Position numbers and translations under genes: made by a program. From NCBI GenBank assembly GCA_038998335.1, contig JAVZHQ010000001.1:64001-128000 (forward strand): DNA of 64,000 bases, given 5' to 3'. The DNA is from Candidatus Aenigmatarchaeota archaeon (lineage in GTDB: Archaea > Aenigmatarchaeota > Aenigmatarchaeia > CG10238-14 > SCSR01). Positions 20,252 through 30,504 of this stretch are shown piece by piece (positions within the stretch are counted from its first letter, which is position 1; the number at the start of each line of letters is the position of its first letter). The notes beneath the pieces are model-generated. The model did not search any database. It worked only from the letters and a program-made list of their open reading frames with translations, and was not told the origin of the DNA.

Positions 20252-23200
20252 ATGAAAATATGTTCTCAAATAATCGTTTTTCTTCTATTTATAGTTCTTT
20301 TATGTAGTCTCCCAACTTTCATTAAAAAAGATGAAATAAATAACGAAAATTCTTCTTTTGAAGAAGAATGTACAGCTGTAATAGTTACAGGAACTCACGC
20401 AAAAGACGGAAGGGCTATAATGATGAAGAATAGAGATTGGAGTGATACTCAGTACCAAAAACCTTGGTTTGTTAGTAGTTATGCTGGAGGAAATTACAGT
20501 TATATCTTAATGTCTGCTTATATGGGAATGAATGAAGTAGGGTTAGCTATTATGAACACTCTTCAATCTTGTCCTGGTTTAAATGTTTGGCATTATAACA
20601 TTCATGGAAATTACACTAATGATAAATCAGTAGCTATGCAGTATGTTCTCTCTCATTTTTCAGATGTGGAAAAAGCAGTTATGTGGATAGTCGAAAATAC
20701 TTACGGATTATGCGATTGTATAGGAATAATAGGTCAAAATAGTAGCGTAGGTGCTTTTGTTTGGATAGATGGTGATAAGAAATACATAACTTGGGTCAAT
20801 AATTCGCACGATGCTGCAGCAAACAGTTGGGTTCCAAACGGCGTTTACGGAACTAGAGGAGCAAGAGCAAAGCAACTTCTAGACCAAATCTACAACCAAA
20901 AAGGTTACATTTCTTGGGAGGATGTAATTCAAGAAATAAGTAAAGATGAGTTTGATAGAGAAAAAACCAACAACAATTGTTACAGCTATAGTGATTGTAT
21001 TAGCAGAGGAATAACAAGAGCAGCTATGGTAGCAGTTTCGGGAAATAGTAGCTATGAAGGCAGACTTAACATAATGTGGCTAACTTTTGGAGAAAATCCT
21101 ACTATAGGTCTCTTCTTACCCCTAATGCCTGGGGTAATAGATTCCTCTTCAGACATACCAAGCATTTTTACTTCTGGAAACGGTTTAGGAGCTTTAGTAG
21201 AAGTTAAGAGGAACTATGCTAGAAATGGTTGTAGTTCTGAGCAATGGAACGGCACAAGAGTGAGAGAGATTCAGTCTTATTCTTTTTACGCTGAAAATTA
21301 CACTTTTAAAAAATACGATGAACTGATGAAGACAATTCCAAGTGGCTTATCTTATACTCAATTAAAAACGCTTCTTAAAAATTATATGAATGATTCGATA
21401 ACTGTGGCTACCAACATATATATAGCAGAAAAAATACCTGAAGATTCTTTACCCAATTGTAGTGTCCTAAGTATAGATGAATCTTCTCCTTATGCTTATG
21501 CTTTAGACAATTCTATTTGGTATAGTAATCTTTCTACGGGAAGCTTTGCTGTCAATATAGAGACTAACGATGATAAAGGAATAAGCAAAGTGAGCTTTCC
21601 GAGTACTACTTCCTCAGGAGGGGATGACACAATTCCTCCATATTCTTGGACCTATAGTTGGAATACCCAGAGTACTTATTCTGGAATAGCTACAGTTACA
21701 GTTTACGATACAGCACAGCAAACTGGTACGTGTATTTTTAGCGTGATTAAGGATAGCGTAGCACCAACTACTACAGTAAATATCGAAGGAAACTATAACA
21801 TTATTTTAAGTTGCGAGGATTCTGGTGTGGGTTGTAATGTCACTTATTATTGCATAGATACCGATAATTCCTGTAATCCTTCGAATGTATACTTAAATCC
21901 TATAACAACTCCTTGTACTGGTTGTTGCTATTTAAGATACCGTTCAGCAGATAAGGTTAACAATGTAGAAACTGTCAAATCTGTTTCTTTTGGCCATACT
22001 TGCGGTTGCTCAAGAGGCAACCCTTCAGTTTTCATTATTCCATCATCTCAAAGTAACTTACCTGGGTATAAGTCAACTTACATAGTTTCAGTTAAAAGTA
22101 ATGATAATGAAGCATGTGGAATTTCTGTATTTAATTTGTCATTAGTCTGCCAAGCTGGTATAAGTTGTAGCTTAATTAATAATACCTTAGCTATCTTGCC
22201 CGGAAATGCAGTTAATACTACATTAGAAATAACTTCAAGTCCTTCTGCTTCAGAAGGCAATTATATTTTTACTGTTAGAGCAACAAATTCTTTACTAAGC
22301 AATTATTTTGGAGAGGCTTCAGGAAGTTACATCGTTGTCTTAAAAAAACTAGTTTTAGAATATAAGTTCAGTGAAGGTCTGGGGTTAGTAGCTTACGATA
22401 ACTCTGGATTTAATAATCATGCAAATATTTTTGGGGCAAATTGGATAGAAGGCAAACACGACTTTGCTTTAAGTTTTGACGGAATAGACGACTATCTTGA
22501 AGTTTTGCAAGCCGATTCGATTAGTGGTTTTTCTTATGGTTTGTCTTTGAGCTTATGGGTTAAGTTTAACGAATTAAATAGAAGACAGGCGATTCTCAAC
22601 AAATATGATACAAGAAGTAATCAAAGAGGTTGGTTCTTGGAGTACCAAAATCACTCTACTTATAGGGATGTTTTAGGATTTTTTGCTTCTTACAATGGAG
22701 TTAATTATAGTGAATGGTACACTTCTTTCAAGCCTAACTTAGGAGAATGGTATCACTTAGCAGTTGTTTGGGAGCCAAATAAACTACCAAAGTTCTACGT
22801 GAATGGCGAACTTAAACAAACAATAAACAACAGAACAATTCCGCAAATTTTCAACAATACTCTAGCACCATTTCACATAGGAAAAAGTACTTATGCTACT
22901 GGAAGAGAGTTTAACGGAACGATAGATGAAATTAAAATTTACAATTATGCTTTAACTGATAGTGAAATATTAGAAATTTTTTCAAATGAAAGTAAAAATT
23001 ATTTCAAAGGTTTCCTTACCGATAAAAATGGTAAACCATACCAAGGAATAGTATCAATCGACTCTCGCGCAGGAAGCATAGAGAATGGAAATTATTTTCT
23101 CAGAATTGATTCAGGAAATTATGATATTATATACTCTTTAGTCAACTTTCCTGTTCAGGGATTTTGGTTGAAACTTCTCAACTACTTAATCGATTCAGAT

Positions 23201-23422
23201 TTGAATAATATAGTAAATTATGTTGATAAGCAAGACAATAGAATTTCGTTCGTTGTCGAGTGTTTTAATTCTCAAAGTGTTCAGGCTTACAGCCCTTCCA
23301 AACCAAACAAAGTAAAAGTTAATGGGGTTGAGATACCCTATGACGATTCTCTTTCTTCTATTCCTTCTTGGAAATACATTTCATCGAATAAAACAATCAT
23401 TATTAAGTTCTTCTGTCAATAA
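20252..23422 (+). CDS. Secreted Ntn-hydrolase/C45-like peptidase + Ig-like + LamG + shared C-terminal domain
   Basis: CTAVIVTG..KDGRAIMMKNRD, GMNEVGLAI; LamG FNGTIDEIKIYNYAL. Confidence 0.75.
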   Translation: MKICSQIIVFLLFIVLLCSLPTFIKKDEINNENSSFEEECTAVIVTGTHAKDGRAIMMKNRDWSDTQYQKPWFVSSYAGGNYSYILMSAYMGMNEVGLAIMNTLQSCPGLNVWHYNIHGNYTNDKSVAMQYVLSHFSDVEKAVMWIVENTYGLCDCIGIIGQNSSVGAFVWIDGDKKYITWVNNSHDAAANSWVPNGVYGTRGARAKQLLDQIYNQKGYISWEDVIQEISKDEFDREKTNNNCYSYSDCISRGITRAAMVAVSGNSSYEGRLNIMWLTFGENPTIGLFLPLMPGVIDSSSDIPSIFTSGNGLGALVEVKRNYARNGCSSEQWNGTRVREIQSYSFYAENYTFKKYDELMKTIPSGLSYTQLKTLLKNYMNDSITVATNIYIAEKIPEDSLPNCSVLSIDESSPYAYALDNSIWYSNLSTGSFAVNIETNDDKGISKVSFPSTTSSGGDDTIPPYSWTYSWNTQSTYSGIATVTVYDTAQQTGTCIFSVIKDSVAPTTTVNIEGNYNIILSCEDSGVGCNVTYYCIDTDNSCNPSNVYLNPITTPCTGCCYLRYRSADKVNNVETVKSVSFGHTCGCSRGNPSVFIIPSSQSNLPGYKSTYIVSVKSNDNEACGISVFNLSLVCQAGISCSLINNTLAILPGNAVNTTLEITSSPSASEGNYIFTVRATNSLLSNYFGEASGSYIVVLKKLVLEYKFSEGLGLVAYDNSGFNNHANIFGANWIEGKHDFALSFDGIDDYLEVLQADSISGFSYGLSLSLWVKFNELNRRQAILNKYDTRSNQRGWFLEYQNHSTYRDVLGFFASYNGVNYSEWYTSFKPNLGEWYHLAVVWEPNKLPKFYVNGELKQTINNRTIPQIFNNTLAPFHIGKSTYATGREFNGTIDEIKIYNYALTDSEILEIFSNESKNYFKGFLTDKNGKPYQGIVSIDSRAGSIENGNYFLRIDSGNYDIIYSLVNFPVQGFWLKLLNYLIDSDLNNIVNYVDKQDNRISFVVECFNSQSVQAYSPSKPNKVKVNGVEIPYDDSLSSIPSWKYISSNKTIIIKFFCQ
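23334..23376 (+). repeat. 43-nt exact repeat, copy 2
   Basis: Identical to 17920-17962. Confidence 0.9.
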
Positions 23423-23429
23423 AATTATT

Positions 23430-25127
23430 ATGAGTCAATTTTTTATCTTCCTTTTATCTGCTGCTCTTTTAATTTTACTCTTACCAACTTTCTATGACCT
23501 CCATACTTCTAAAGTTCAGAGTTACTATTTTCTTTCTAATTATGAATTAGCGCTTCTTAACTCTGAACTTTACCCTCTAGACTCAAATTTAATAACCGTT
23601 TGTTCTTCTGGGTGTAACTTTACTTCTATTTACTCAGCTATAAATTACGCTAATACTACTCCAGGAGCAGATATGATTTATATAAAGGAAGGCGTATACA
23701 CAGAAAACAACATCAAATTATACAGCAACATCACAATCGTAGGCGATGGTATAGACAAAACAATTATAAGAAATAAGCTTTCTAGCTCTGGCATAGGACA
23801 AAGGTACGATATTTTCACTAGTAATGTTCCTTTAGAAAATGTTCGGATCGAAAATCTAACTGTTGATACTTTAGGTGTGCCAGACAACATGGGAAGTAGT
23901 GCCATAACTTTTCGAGGTAATGGCACGAACAAAAATATTGTTATTAGAAATGTTAAATCTATAAACGCTTTTGGAGCAGGTATAGCGATTCCAAACTTTG
24001 AAAATCTTGTAATAGAAAATTGTATAATAAATAACACATGGACAGGAATAACAGTGGTTGGGGGAATAAATGCTTCGATTAAAAACAACATAATTGTTAA
24101 TACTAGAGGGGATGGGATTTTTCCACAAGTTAGACGTTCATCGAATCTCAGCGTTATAAAAGCTTTAATAGAAAATAATTATCTAGAGAATATCGGCGAC
24201 ACAGGAATAGATATAACTTCTGACTGTGATTTTAAACCTCATGAGGAAATTTATGTTGTCGGTAATAAGCTTAAAAATGCAAGTGTAAGAATTTCTTGTG
24301 CATTAAACATTACCTTAATTAAGAACTTTATCAAATATGGAAGCATCAGTGTAGATGCTGGTGCAGGAAGACCCATAAACATAGCAATCGAAAATAATTC
24401 GATAGAAAGTTCAAAAAGAGGTATTGTTCTAGGTGGTGCTTTAAACGTAACCGTCAGGGACAACATTATTCATTTCTTTGCGTCTTCGGATTCTTCGCAA
24501 ACAGGTATAAGTTCCGGAGTTTGGCAATCGTCGATATTACAAAATAATATTATTTTGAACCCACAAAACTATTGTATCGATTTTAATAATTGGCAGGTTG
24601 GCGGAAGCGGAAACACGTTAATAGAAAATAACACTCTAATCAACTGTGGTGATGTAGGGATTTATGATAATAATGTTAGTGTTGGAAAAGTAGTAATAAA
24701 AGGAAATAAGATAATAGACTTTAAGAACTTATCAAGACACAGCATTCTTACAGAGAAAGAAAGTAATGTATGGATTATAACTAACAACTGGATTTATAAT
24801 AAAAGCATCTTTGCACCAAGTAGCATAATTAATGATAATGATTACTCTTATCCTGAACAGTTTTATTTTCCAATTTCTTTAAAAAGTAATAAGTTTATCT
24901 TCTCTTCAATACTTCAAGATAGTAAAAATAAAATTTTAAGAATATATCTTGAAGAAATTGGATTTGGTTTGAACGAAGAAAACACGATAGAGATTTTCAG
25001 TCCAAAAAAACCTTCGAAAATTAAAATAAATAACCTTGTTGTAACATACGACGATTCTCTTTCTTTACTCCATTCTTGGAAATACGATTCTTCTAATAAA
25101 ACAATAACTTTAAAGTTCTTTTCTTAA
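23430..25127 (+). CDS. Secreted right-handed beta-helix (pectin-lyase-like) protein + shared C-terminal domain
   Basis: FTSIYSAIN, IYIKEGVY, repeated IENN/IxNN turns; ATG 23430 precedes a signal-like segment. Confidence 0.8.
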   Translation: MSQFFIFLLSAALLILLLPTFYDLHTSKVQSYYFLSNYELALLNSELYPLDSNLITVCSSGCNFTSIYSAINYANTTPGADMIYIKEGVYTENNIKLYSNITIVGDGIDKTIIRNKLSSSGIGQRYDIFTSNVPLENVRIENLTVDTLGVPDNMGSSAITFRGNGTNKNIVIRNVKSINAFGAGIAIPNFENLVIENCIINNTWTGITVVGGINASIKNNIIVNTRGDGIFPQVRRSSNLSVIKALIENNYLENIGDTGIDITSDCDFKPHEEIYVVGNKLKNASVRISCALNITLIKNFIKYGSISVDAGAGRPINIAIENNSIESSKRGIVLGGALNVTVRDNIIHFFASSDSSQTGISSGVWQSSILQNNIILNPQNYCIDFNNWQVGGSGNTLIENNTLINCGDVGIYDNNVSVGKVVIKGNKIIDFKNLSRHSILTEKESNVWIITNNWIYNKSIFAPSSIINDNDYSYPEQFYFPISLKSNKFIFSSILQDSKNKILRIYLEEIGFGLNEENTIEIFSPKKPSKIKINNLVVTYDDSLSLLHSWKYDSSNKTITLKFFS

Positions 25128-25267
25128 CCATAACTAAAAAACTCTAACCCACTTATTCTTTGTTCTTACAATTTTCTGTTTCGACTCAACGATTCGATAG
25201 CTTACTATTTCTAGCGAATATAGTCAAAGGTAAATGTTGATATTTAAAGGAGAATAAAAATATTTTA

Positions 25268-28200
25268 ATGAGAAAATTCCCTGCTTTTTTATTAGCTTTT
25301 CTTGTTAGCTTAATTTTTTTCATTAGCGAGTCCGGTGCTTACGATTTTGCAATAATAAACACAACTAATGTACCAGAAGTAAACAACATATACGAAATGT
25401 TTAAAAATTTAGGTATAACTTACAAAAGTTTTTCACCTTCTCAAGTAACAAGCGAATCTGTTTTTAGCGATGTAAATGGTATAGTCTCTTTTATAGATGA
25501 AGGTTTTCCTGTAGCAAATTCCTCCACAGTAATCGAGTTTGCAAAAAACCATGTTGTTATATGTCATGCTTACGATTTTGCAAATTATTATTTTCCTTCT
25601 TACTCAACTTCTTATCTTAAAGTCTCAGGAAGTACAGTAAATTACACTAAGGACTGGGGAAATTTTAGAAAAAACGATAAAGCTCATTTTCAAAGAGAAG
25701 ACGGCACTTTATACGTTTTTCTATCTAGCTCTCTAGAGGGCGATCCAACAATTGAAAAAATTGCTCAATTCGATGCTACAAGAACTGCTTTCTTCCAAAA
25801 GAAAGGTTTAACAGAAAATACTGGCTTTTATGTTCTTGACCTTAAGGTTACGAGAAACGAAACGGAATGGTCCGGAATTTGGCATATTTTTCCTGCAGTC
25901 AAGTTAGTAAAAAATTTTCCGACCGGTAAATATGCGATGTGGATGAGTAATGGAGTATACTGGTGGGATATAAACTGGGTAAACACCTTTACAGATAGTT
26001 TAGCTACAAACAATCCAGAAATAGTTTCGAAAATTGTTATAGGTAAAAGTCTTGAAGGTAGAGATATTAGCGCTATTCTCATCGGAAAAGGCAATCGGTA
26101 TGTAATAATCGATGGAGCAATTCATGGTAATGAAAAATTGTCAACGTTTGCAAGCTTGAGATTTGCTGAAATGATTATCGAAAATTATAAAGCTAGAGGT
26201 TATTGGTACGATAGGTTGCAAGAATTAAAGGTAATCATAGTACCCATTTTAAATCCTGACGGATTTGTCCATAATTGGAGACAAAATGCTAGAAGTTATC
26301 TTTATCCTTCAGATTATCAAAAATCTGGGTATGCTATGGCAGTGAATGACCAATGGATTGCTCATGGCATACCAAATAGGGCAGAAGTTGAAGGTCATAA
26401 GTGTAATATTGTTCCTCAAGATTCTAATGTTAATGGAACAGTTTTGAGTGTTAATCAAACACATTTCAAAGTTGGTTTGACTTGGAAATCTGATGGCTCG
26501 CCAGTAACCACACCCACAAACATTTCGTGGAGCTGCAACGCAACATGTTGTAATTTAAACCGTGATTTTCCACCAGGTGCTGACGCTAGCGAACCAGAAA
26601 CTAAAGCTTTAATAAACCTGGCAGCAAATTATACTCCTATAATTTACATAAATGGACATGAGGGTGCTTACTACGAGTACAATAAATATTATTATGCTTC
26701 TAATTTAAAAGAGCCTTACATGGGTTTTGCAAAAAGAGCTACTAGTTTTGCTAAGACAATTTTTACAAACTTAAAACACTGGGGCTATTATACTGATGGA
26801 GGAACAAATTATTTCCTTGGAAGAGTGGATACTGGAGCATGTTGTAATAATGTTTTTGCCACTTATTATGTCACATGGAAACATAATGCTTCTTCTTATC
26901 TTGTAGAAACGATTGTGTGGAGTAGCACTTATGGGGCCAGACAACAGTTATACGGTTTTGATTATTATCTTTCCTTTTTTGACGGAGTTATTTCTCATCT
27001 AGATATCCTCAAAGAAAAAAATTTTGTTATTCATAGCACAGCAAAAATTAAGTCGTTCAATTATGATAACCAATTAATCGTTATGTTAGATACTTCAGAA
27101 GCCATTTTACCTACACAAACTGTCATCTTTCTTGGTAATTATGGGAAACCCAATTCTGTAAAAATTGACGGGATAGAAAAATCTGAAGGTGATGGTTGGG
27201 TTTATTATACTGATAGTAATAACATAACCATTACAGGGGCTTCAAACTCAATTGTGCTTGGTTGGGAACCAACTTACACTGCTACCTTTTATCAAACAGG
27301 AATTCCTTCTGGTACACCATGGGGTGTGACTGTTGCTAGTAATAGGTATACTTCTACAGCAAGTAGTTTAACTGTATCTGGGCTGACAGGAACTGTTTCT
27401 TACAGCTATGATACCATTGTTCCTGGTGTATCAGGAACTAGATACTCTTGTGTTTCAGATTGTTCTGGCTACGTTAGCCAAGAGTATAATACAACTTCAG
27501 CAAATTACATTACTCAATATTTCTTGGCAATGAGCGTAAATCCCGTAGGAAGTGGTAATGTAGCCCCAGGTAACGGATGGTATAACTCTAGTATGTCAAT
27601 TACCATTAGTGCAAGTCCAAATCCAGGTTATGGCTTCTCTTCTTGGAATGGTTCTGGATCAGGCAGTTATACTGGCATAGAAAATCCTGCGTCGATAACG
27701 ATGAATTCACCAATAACAGAAATTGCTAATTTTGTTCCTTTTTCCGATGTAATCGGTTACTGGAAGTTTGACGAAGGTTCTGGTTATGAAGCAAAAGATT
27801 CCTCTGTTTATAAAAATAATGGTATAGTTAATGCGTCATGGTCATTAACTAACTGTCTTTCAATTTATTGCCTTAATTTTGACGGTATTGATGATGTTAT
27901 CAACTGTTCGAATTCTTCAATTTTAAACCCAACCCCAACAGGAAGCATAACAGTAGAAGCCTGGATCTATCCAAGATCTTACGGTGGAAACGGCTTAGGA
28001 AGAGTGGTTTCTAAAGAAACAGGAACTACAGCAAACCCTTATGCCTTAGAGTTAAGAAACACAACAGAAGCTTATACAAACGGCTTAATCTTTTGCATAG
28101 GAAACGGAACTTCAGAAACTTGCACTATAGGTTCAGCTTGTAACAACATAATTACTCTAAACACATGGCAGCATGTAGCAGGAAGATATAATCGCACGCA

Positions 28201-28852
28201 CTTAAGCGTTTTTGTAAACGGTGTTGAAAAGTGCACTCAAAGCTTACTTGATTACAACTTCCAACCAGCTTCTACAAACCTTTTGATAGGAAACAACCCT
28301 TCTAACGAAAGACAATTTAACGGCGCCATAGACGAAGTTAGAATCTGGAACAGAGCTTTAAGCAACGAAGAAATAAAAAGTGAGTACGAAAAATTCAAGA
28401 AAATTTTTGGGCAACTGAAAGATAATAATGGTATGGTTCTTCATGCTAACATCACAATTTACCAAGAAAATACAGAAAATATAGTATCTTTAGTCAAGAC
28501 CGACGATTTTGGTAATTATCTTCTTCATATATTGACAGGGAAGTACGATGTCAAGTTTAGCTTTTTAGACTTTTCCGTTTCTGATTATTGGGTTAAATTT
28601 TTATCTCTCAACATATCTTCTCACCTTTTTAATCTTTTAAACCAAATAGGTAAAACAAACAACAAAATCTCCTTCAATTTAAATATCAGTAATGACCAAT
28701 TGATTGAAATTTACAGTCAAAGTAAGCCAACAAATGTTATGGCTAACGGCAAAAAACTGACTGAAGTTTTCTCTTTTTATAACTTGCAACCAAACACTTG
28801 GTTTTATGATTCGAGTGGAAAAAAACTTTATTTGGTTGTTTTAATTTCTTAA
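25268..28852 (+). CDS. Secreted M14 carboxypeptidase + InlB-B-like repeat + LamG + shared C-terminal domain
   Basis: IGKSLEGR, IHGNE, LNPDG, NLNRDF, EPETKAL; PNPGYGFSSWNG; FNGAIDEVRIWNRALS. Confidence 0.85.
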   Translation: MRKFPAFLLAFLVSLIFFISESGAYDFAIINTTNVPEVNNIYEMFKNLGITYKSFSPSQVTSESVFSDVNGIVSFIDEGFPVANSSTVIEFAKNHVVICHAYDFANYYFPSYSTSYLKVSGSTVNYTKDWGNFRKNDKAHFQREDGTLYVFLSSSLEGDPTIEKIAQFDATRTAFFQKKGLTENTGFYVLDLKVTRNETEWSGIWHIFPAVKLVKNFPTGKYAMWMSNGVYWWDINWVNTFTDSLATNNPEIVSKIVIGKSLEGRDISAILIGKGNRYVIIDGAIHGNEKLSTFASLRFAEMIIENYKARGYWYDRLQELKVIIVPILNPDGFVHNWRQNARSYLYPSDYQKSGYAMAVNDQWIAHGIPNRAEVEGHKCNIVPQDSNVNGTVLSVNQTHFKVGLTWKSDGSPVTTPTNISWSCNATCCNLNRDFPPGADASEPETKALINLAANYTPIIYINGHEGAYYEYNKYYYASNLKEPYMGFAKRATSFAKTIFTNLKHWGYYTDGGTNYFLGRVDTGACCNNVFATYYVTWKHNASSYLVETIVWSSTYGARQQLYGFDYYLSFFDGVISHLDILKEKNFVIHSTAKIKSFNYDNQLIVMLDTSEAILPTQTVIFLGNYGKPNSVKIDGIEKSEGDGWVYYTDSNNITITGASNSIVLGWEPTYTATFYQTGIPSGTPWGVTVASNRYTSTASSLTVSGLTGTVSYSYDTIVPGVSGTRYSCVSDCSGYVSQEYNTTSANYITQYFLAMSVNPVGSGNVAPGNGWYNSSMSITISASPNPGYGFSSWNGSGSGSYTGIENPASITMNSPITEIANFVPFSDVIGYWKFDEGSGYEAKDSSVYKNNGIVNASWSLTNCLSIYCLNFDGIDDVINCSNSSILNPTPTGSITVEAWIYPRSYGGNGLGRVVSKETGTTANPYALELRNTTEAYTNGLIFCIGNGTSETCTIGSACNNIITLNTWQHVAGRYNRTHLSVFVNGVEKCTQSLLDYNFQPASTNLLIGNNPSNERQFNGAIDEVRIWNRALSNEEIKSEYEKFKKIFGQLKDNNGMVLHANITIYQENTENIVSLVKTDDFGNYLLHILTGKYDVKFSFLDFSVSDYWVKFLSLNISSHLFNLLNQIGKTNNKISFNLNISNDQLIEIYSQSKPTNVMANGKKLTEVFSFYNLQPNTWFYDSSGKKLYLVVLIS

Positions 28853-28861
28853 TTTAAGAAT

Positions 28862-29425
28862 TCAACAAATTTTTTCTCCCAAAATCTCAAAAATACTTTC
28901 ATTCACAAAAACTGGTACTTCATAATCAACTCTTGCAGCTATAGCTAAAGCATCGCTTGGTCTAGAATCTAAGCCAAGAATCAAATTACCTTGTTTTAAA
29001 AAAAGTTTTGAAATGTAAGTTATTCTCCAGCTGCAATTTTCTTCTGGTAAGCAAGTCTCGTTTCTTGCTTCTGTTATTTTTACCATCAAAACTTGAATTC
29101 CAAAGTTTTTTAGCATATCTTTTATCAAATCATGAGTATAAGGTCTTGGTCCTAAAATTCTTTCCATTCCCCTTCCTATGGAAATTGCTTGGTTTTTATC
29201 AACCAACATACTTATTTGTTTGCAATCGCTTGTTAACCTAACGATTCCTTCATCTTCTTTTATTTCAACAGAAACAGAAGAAGGGGCAAAACCTATTGTT
29301 GAGAGTTGGGGCAAAGCAAAAAAAGTTGAGAAGAGATTGCTTAGCAAATACCAAAAGAATAAAATAGCCAATATCAAAATTAAAAAAATCGTTGTGAATT
29401 TGTAAAAATTCCTTTCTTTTTTCAT
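28862..29425 (-). CDS. Bifunctional nuclease (DUF151) family with N-terminal TM
   Basis: PRPYTHDL and DSRPSDALAIA motifs. Confidence 0.85.
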   Translation of the reverse strand: MKKERNFYKFTTIFLILILAILFFWYLLSNLFSTFFALPQLSTIGFAPSSVSVEIKEDEGIVRLTSDCKQISMLVDKNQAISIGRGMERILGPRPYTHDLIKDMLKNFGIQVLMVKITEARNETCLPEENCSWRITYISKLFLKQGNLILGLDSRPSDALAIAARVDYEVPVFVNESIFEILGEKIC

Positions 29426-29448
29426 AATTTTAAAATAGCATTAGGCTT

Positions 29449-30417
29449 TTAAATCTCTAAGATGCAATCTTCCAAATTCTTATCGTTCCTTAACCTTACA
29501 AAGGAAGGAGCTCTTAGTTGTAAATCTTTTGTTATCTCCATAAACTTTACTTCACATATTAGCTTGGGCTTAACCCAGTTTACTATTAGATCAGAAGGAA
29601 GTTTTGGTTTTTCTTCTAAAGGACATTCGTCTATTCTCAATTTTTTCAACTCTTCTGTAAGCTCAGCATAACCTTTTTCATCCAAGCCAGTTCCACATCT
29701 TCCTACATACTTTAATTTTCCTTCATGGAAACAAGCTAAGATCAAAGCTCCAAAGTATTTTTCACGCCAGCCTTCACCTTTTGTGTACCCTACAATAATA
29801 CAATCTAAAGTTTTTAAGAACTTTATTTTTAGCCAATTTTTACTTCTTTTTCCTATTTCATACTTTGAATCTAAGCGTTTTGCCATTATCCCTTCTAAAC
29901 CTCTTTCCTTGGCTTTCTCAAAAAGTTCTTTTCCTTTGCCGATTATATAGCTTGAAAGCATTATTCTTTGATTTTCTTTAACAATACTCTCCAAAATCCT
30001 TTTTCTTTCAATCAAAGGTTTATCAACTAAGTCTTTTCCATCCAAATGTAAAATATCAAAAACTACATAAGTAGCTGGCATGATTTCAGATAAAAGCTTA
30101 ATTCTTAATTTTTCTCCAACATGCTCTCTTGTCTGCAAAGCAAAAAAATCTGGTTTGCCTTCTTTAAAGACAACTATTTCTCCGTCTAGCACAACTCTTT
30201 TCGCTTTTATGTTTTCATAAATTTTAAGAAGTTCAGGATAGTTTGACTCGAAGAACTTAAGCCTTCTGTTGAGAAACCTCACTTCCTTTTTTTCTTTATC
30301 TATATAAGCTATAGTTCTTGTGCCATCTAGCTTGATTTCAAAGCAAAATTCTTCAGAGTCAAAAGGTTCTGATATATAAGCAAGCATCGGTTTTATTATT
30401 TGTTCAAAGAGTGGCAT
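29449..30417 (-). CDS. ATP-dependent DNA ligase, LigD/LigC ligase-type
   Basis: KPMLA, EIKLDGTR, LDGEIV, FDIL, EGIMAKR, WLKIK, LRAPSFVRLRNDK; follows Ku. Confidence 0.92.
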   Translation of the reverse strand: MPLFEQIIKPMLAYISEPFDSEEFCFEIKLDGTRTIAYIDKEKKEVRFLNRRLKFFESNYPELLKIYENIKAKRVVLDGEIVVFKEGKPDFFALQTREHVGEKLRIKLLSEIMPATYVVFDILHLDGKDLVDKPLIERKRILESIVKENQRIMLSSYIIGKGKELFEKAKERGLEGIMAKRLDSKYEIGKRSKNWLKIKFLKTLDCIIVGYTKGEGWREKYFGALILACFHEGKLKYVGRCGTGLDEKGYAELTEELKKLRIDECPLEEKPKLPSDLIVNWVKPKLICEVKFMEITKDLQLRAPSFVRLRNDKNLEDCILEI

Positions 30418-30504
30418 AATTAGATTTTATAAAAGAAATTATTTCTTTTCTTCTTTTTAATCTCAAAACTCTGGAAAATTGGATTAGGTAAAATTATCCA
30501 AAGT

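Noticed and set aside
23322-23429. ORF-track N-terminal extension of the beta-helix protein
   Set aside because: Overlaps the upstream gene by about 100 nt; ATG 23430 gives a normal signal peptide.
17920-25090. Repeats as CRISPR array or DGR template/variable pair
   Set aside because: Copies are kilobases apart inside coding tails, two are identical rather than adenine-variant, and no cas or reverse transcriptase gene is in the window.
11991-28852. Integrated element at the tRNA-Pro genes
   Set aside because: No integrase and no duplicated tRNA end noticed in the window.
30418-30504. Possible LigD phosphoesterase remnant between ku and the ligase
   Set aside because: Only 87 nt, with no convincing PE motif in the frames read.
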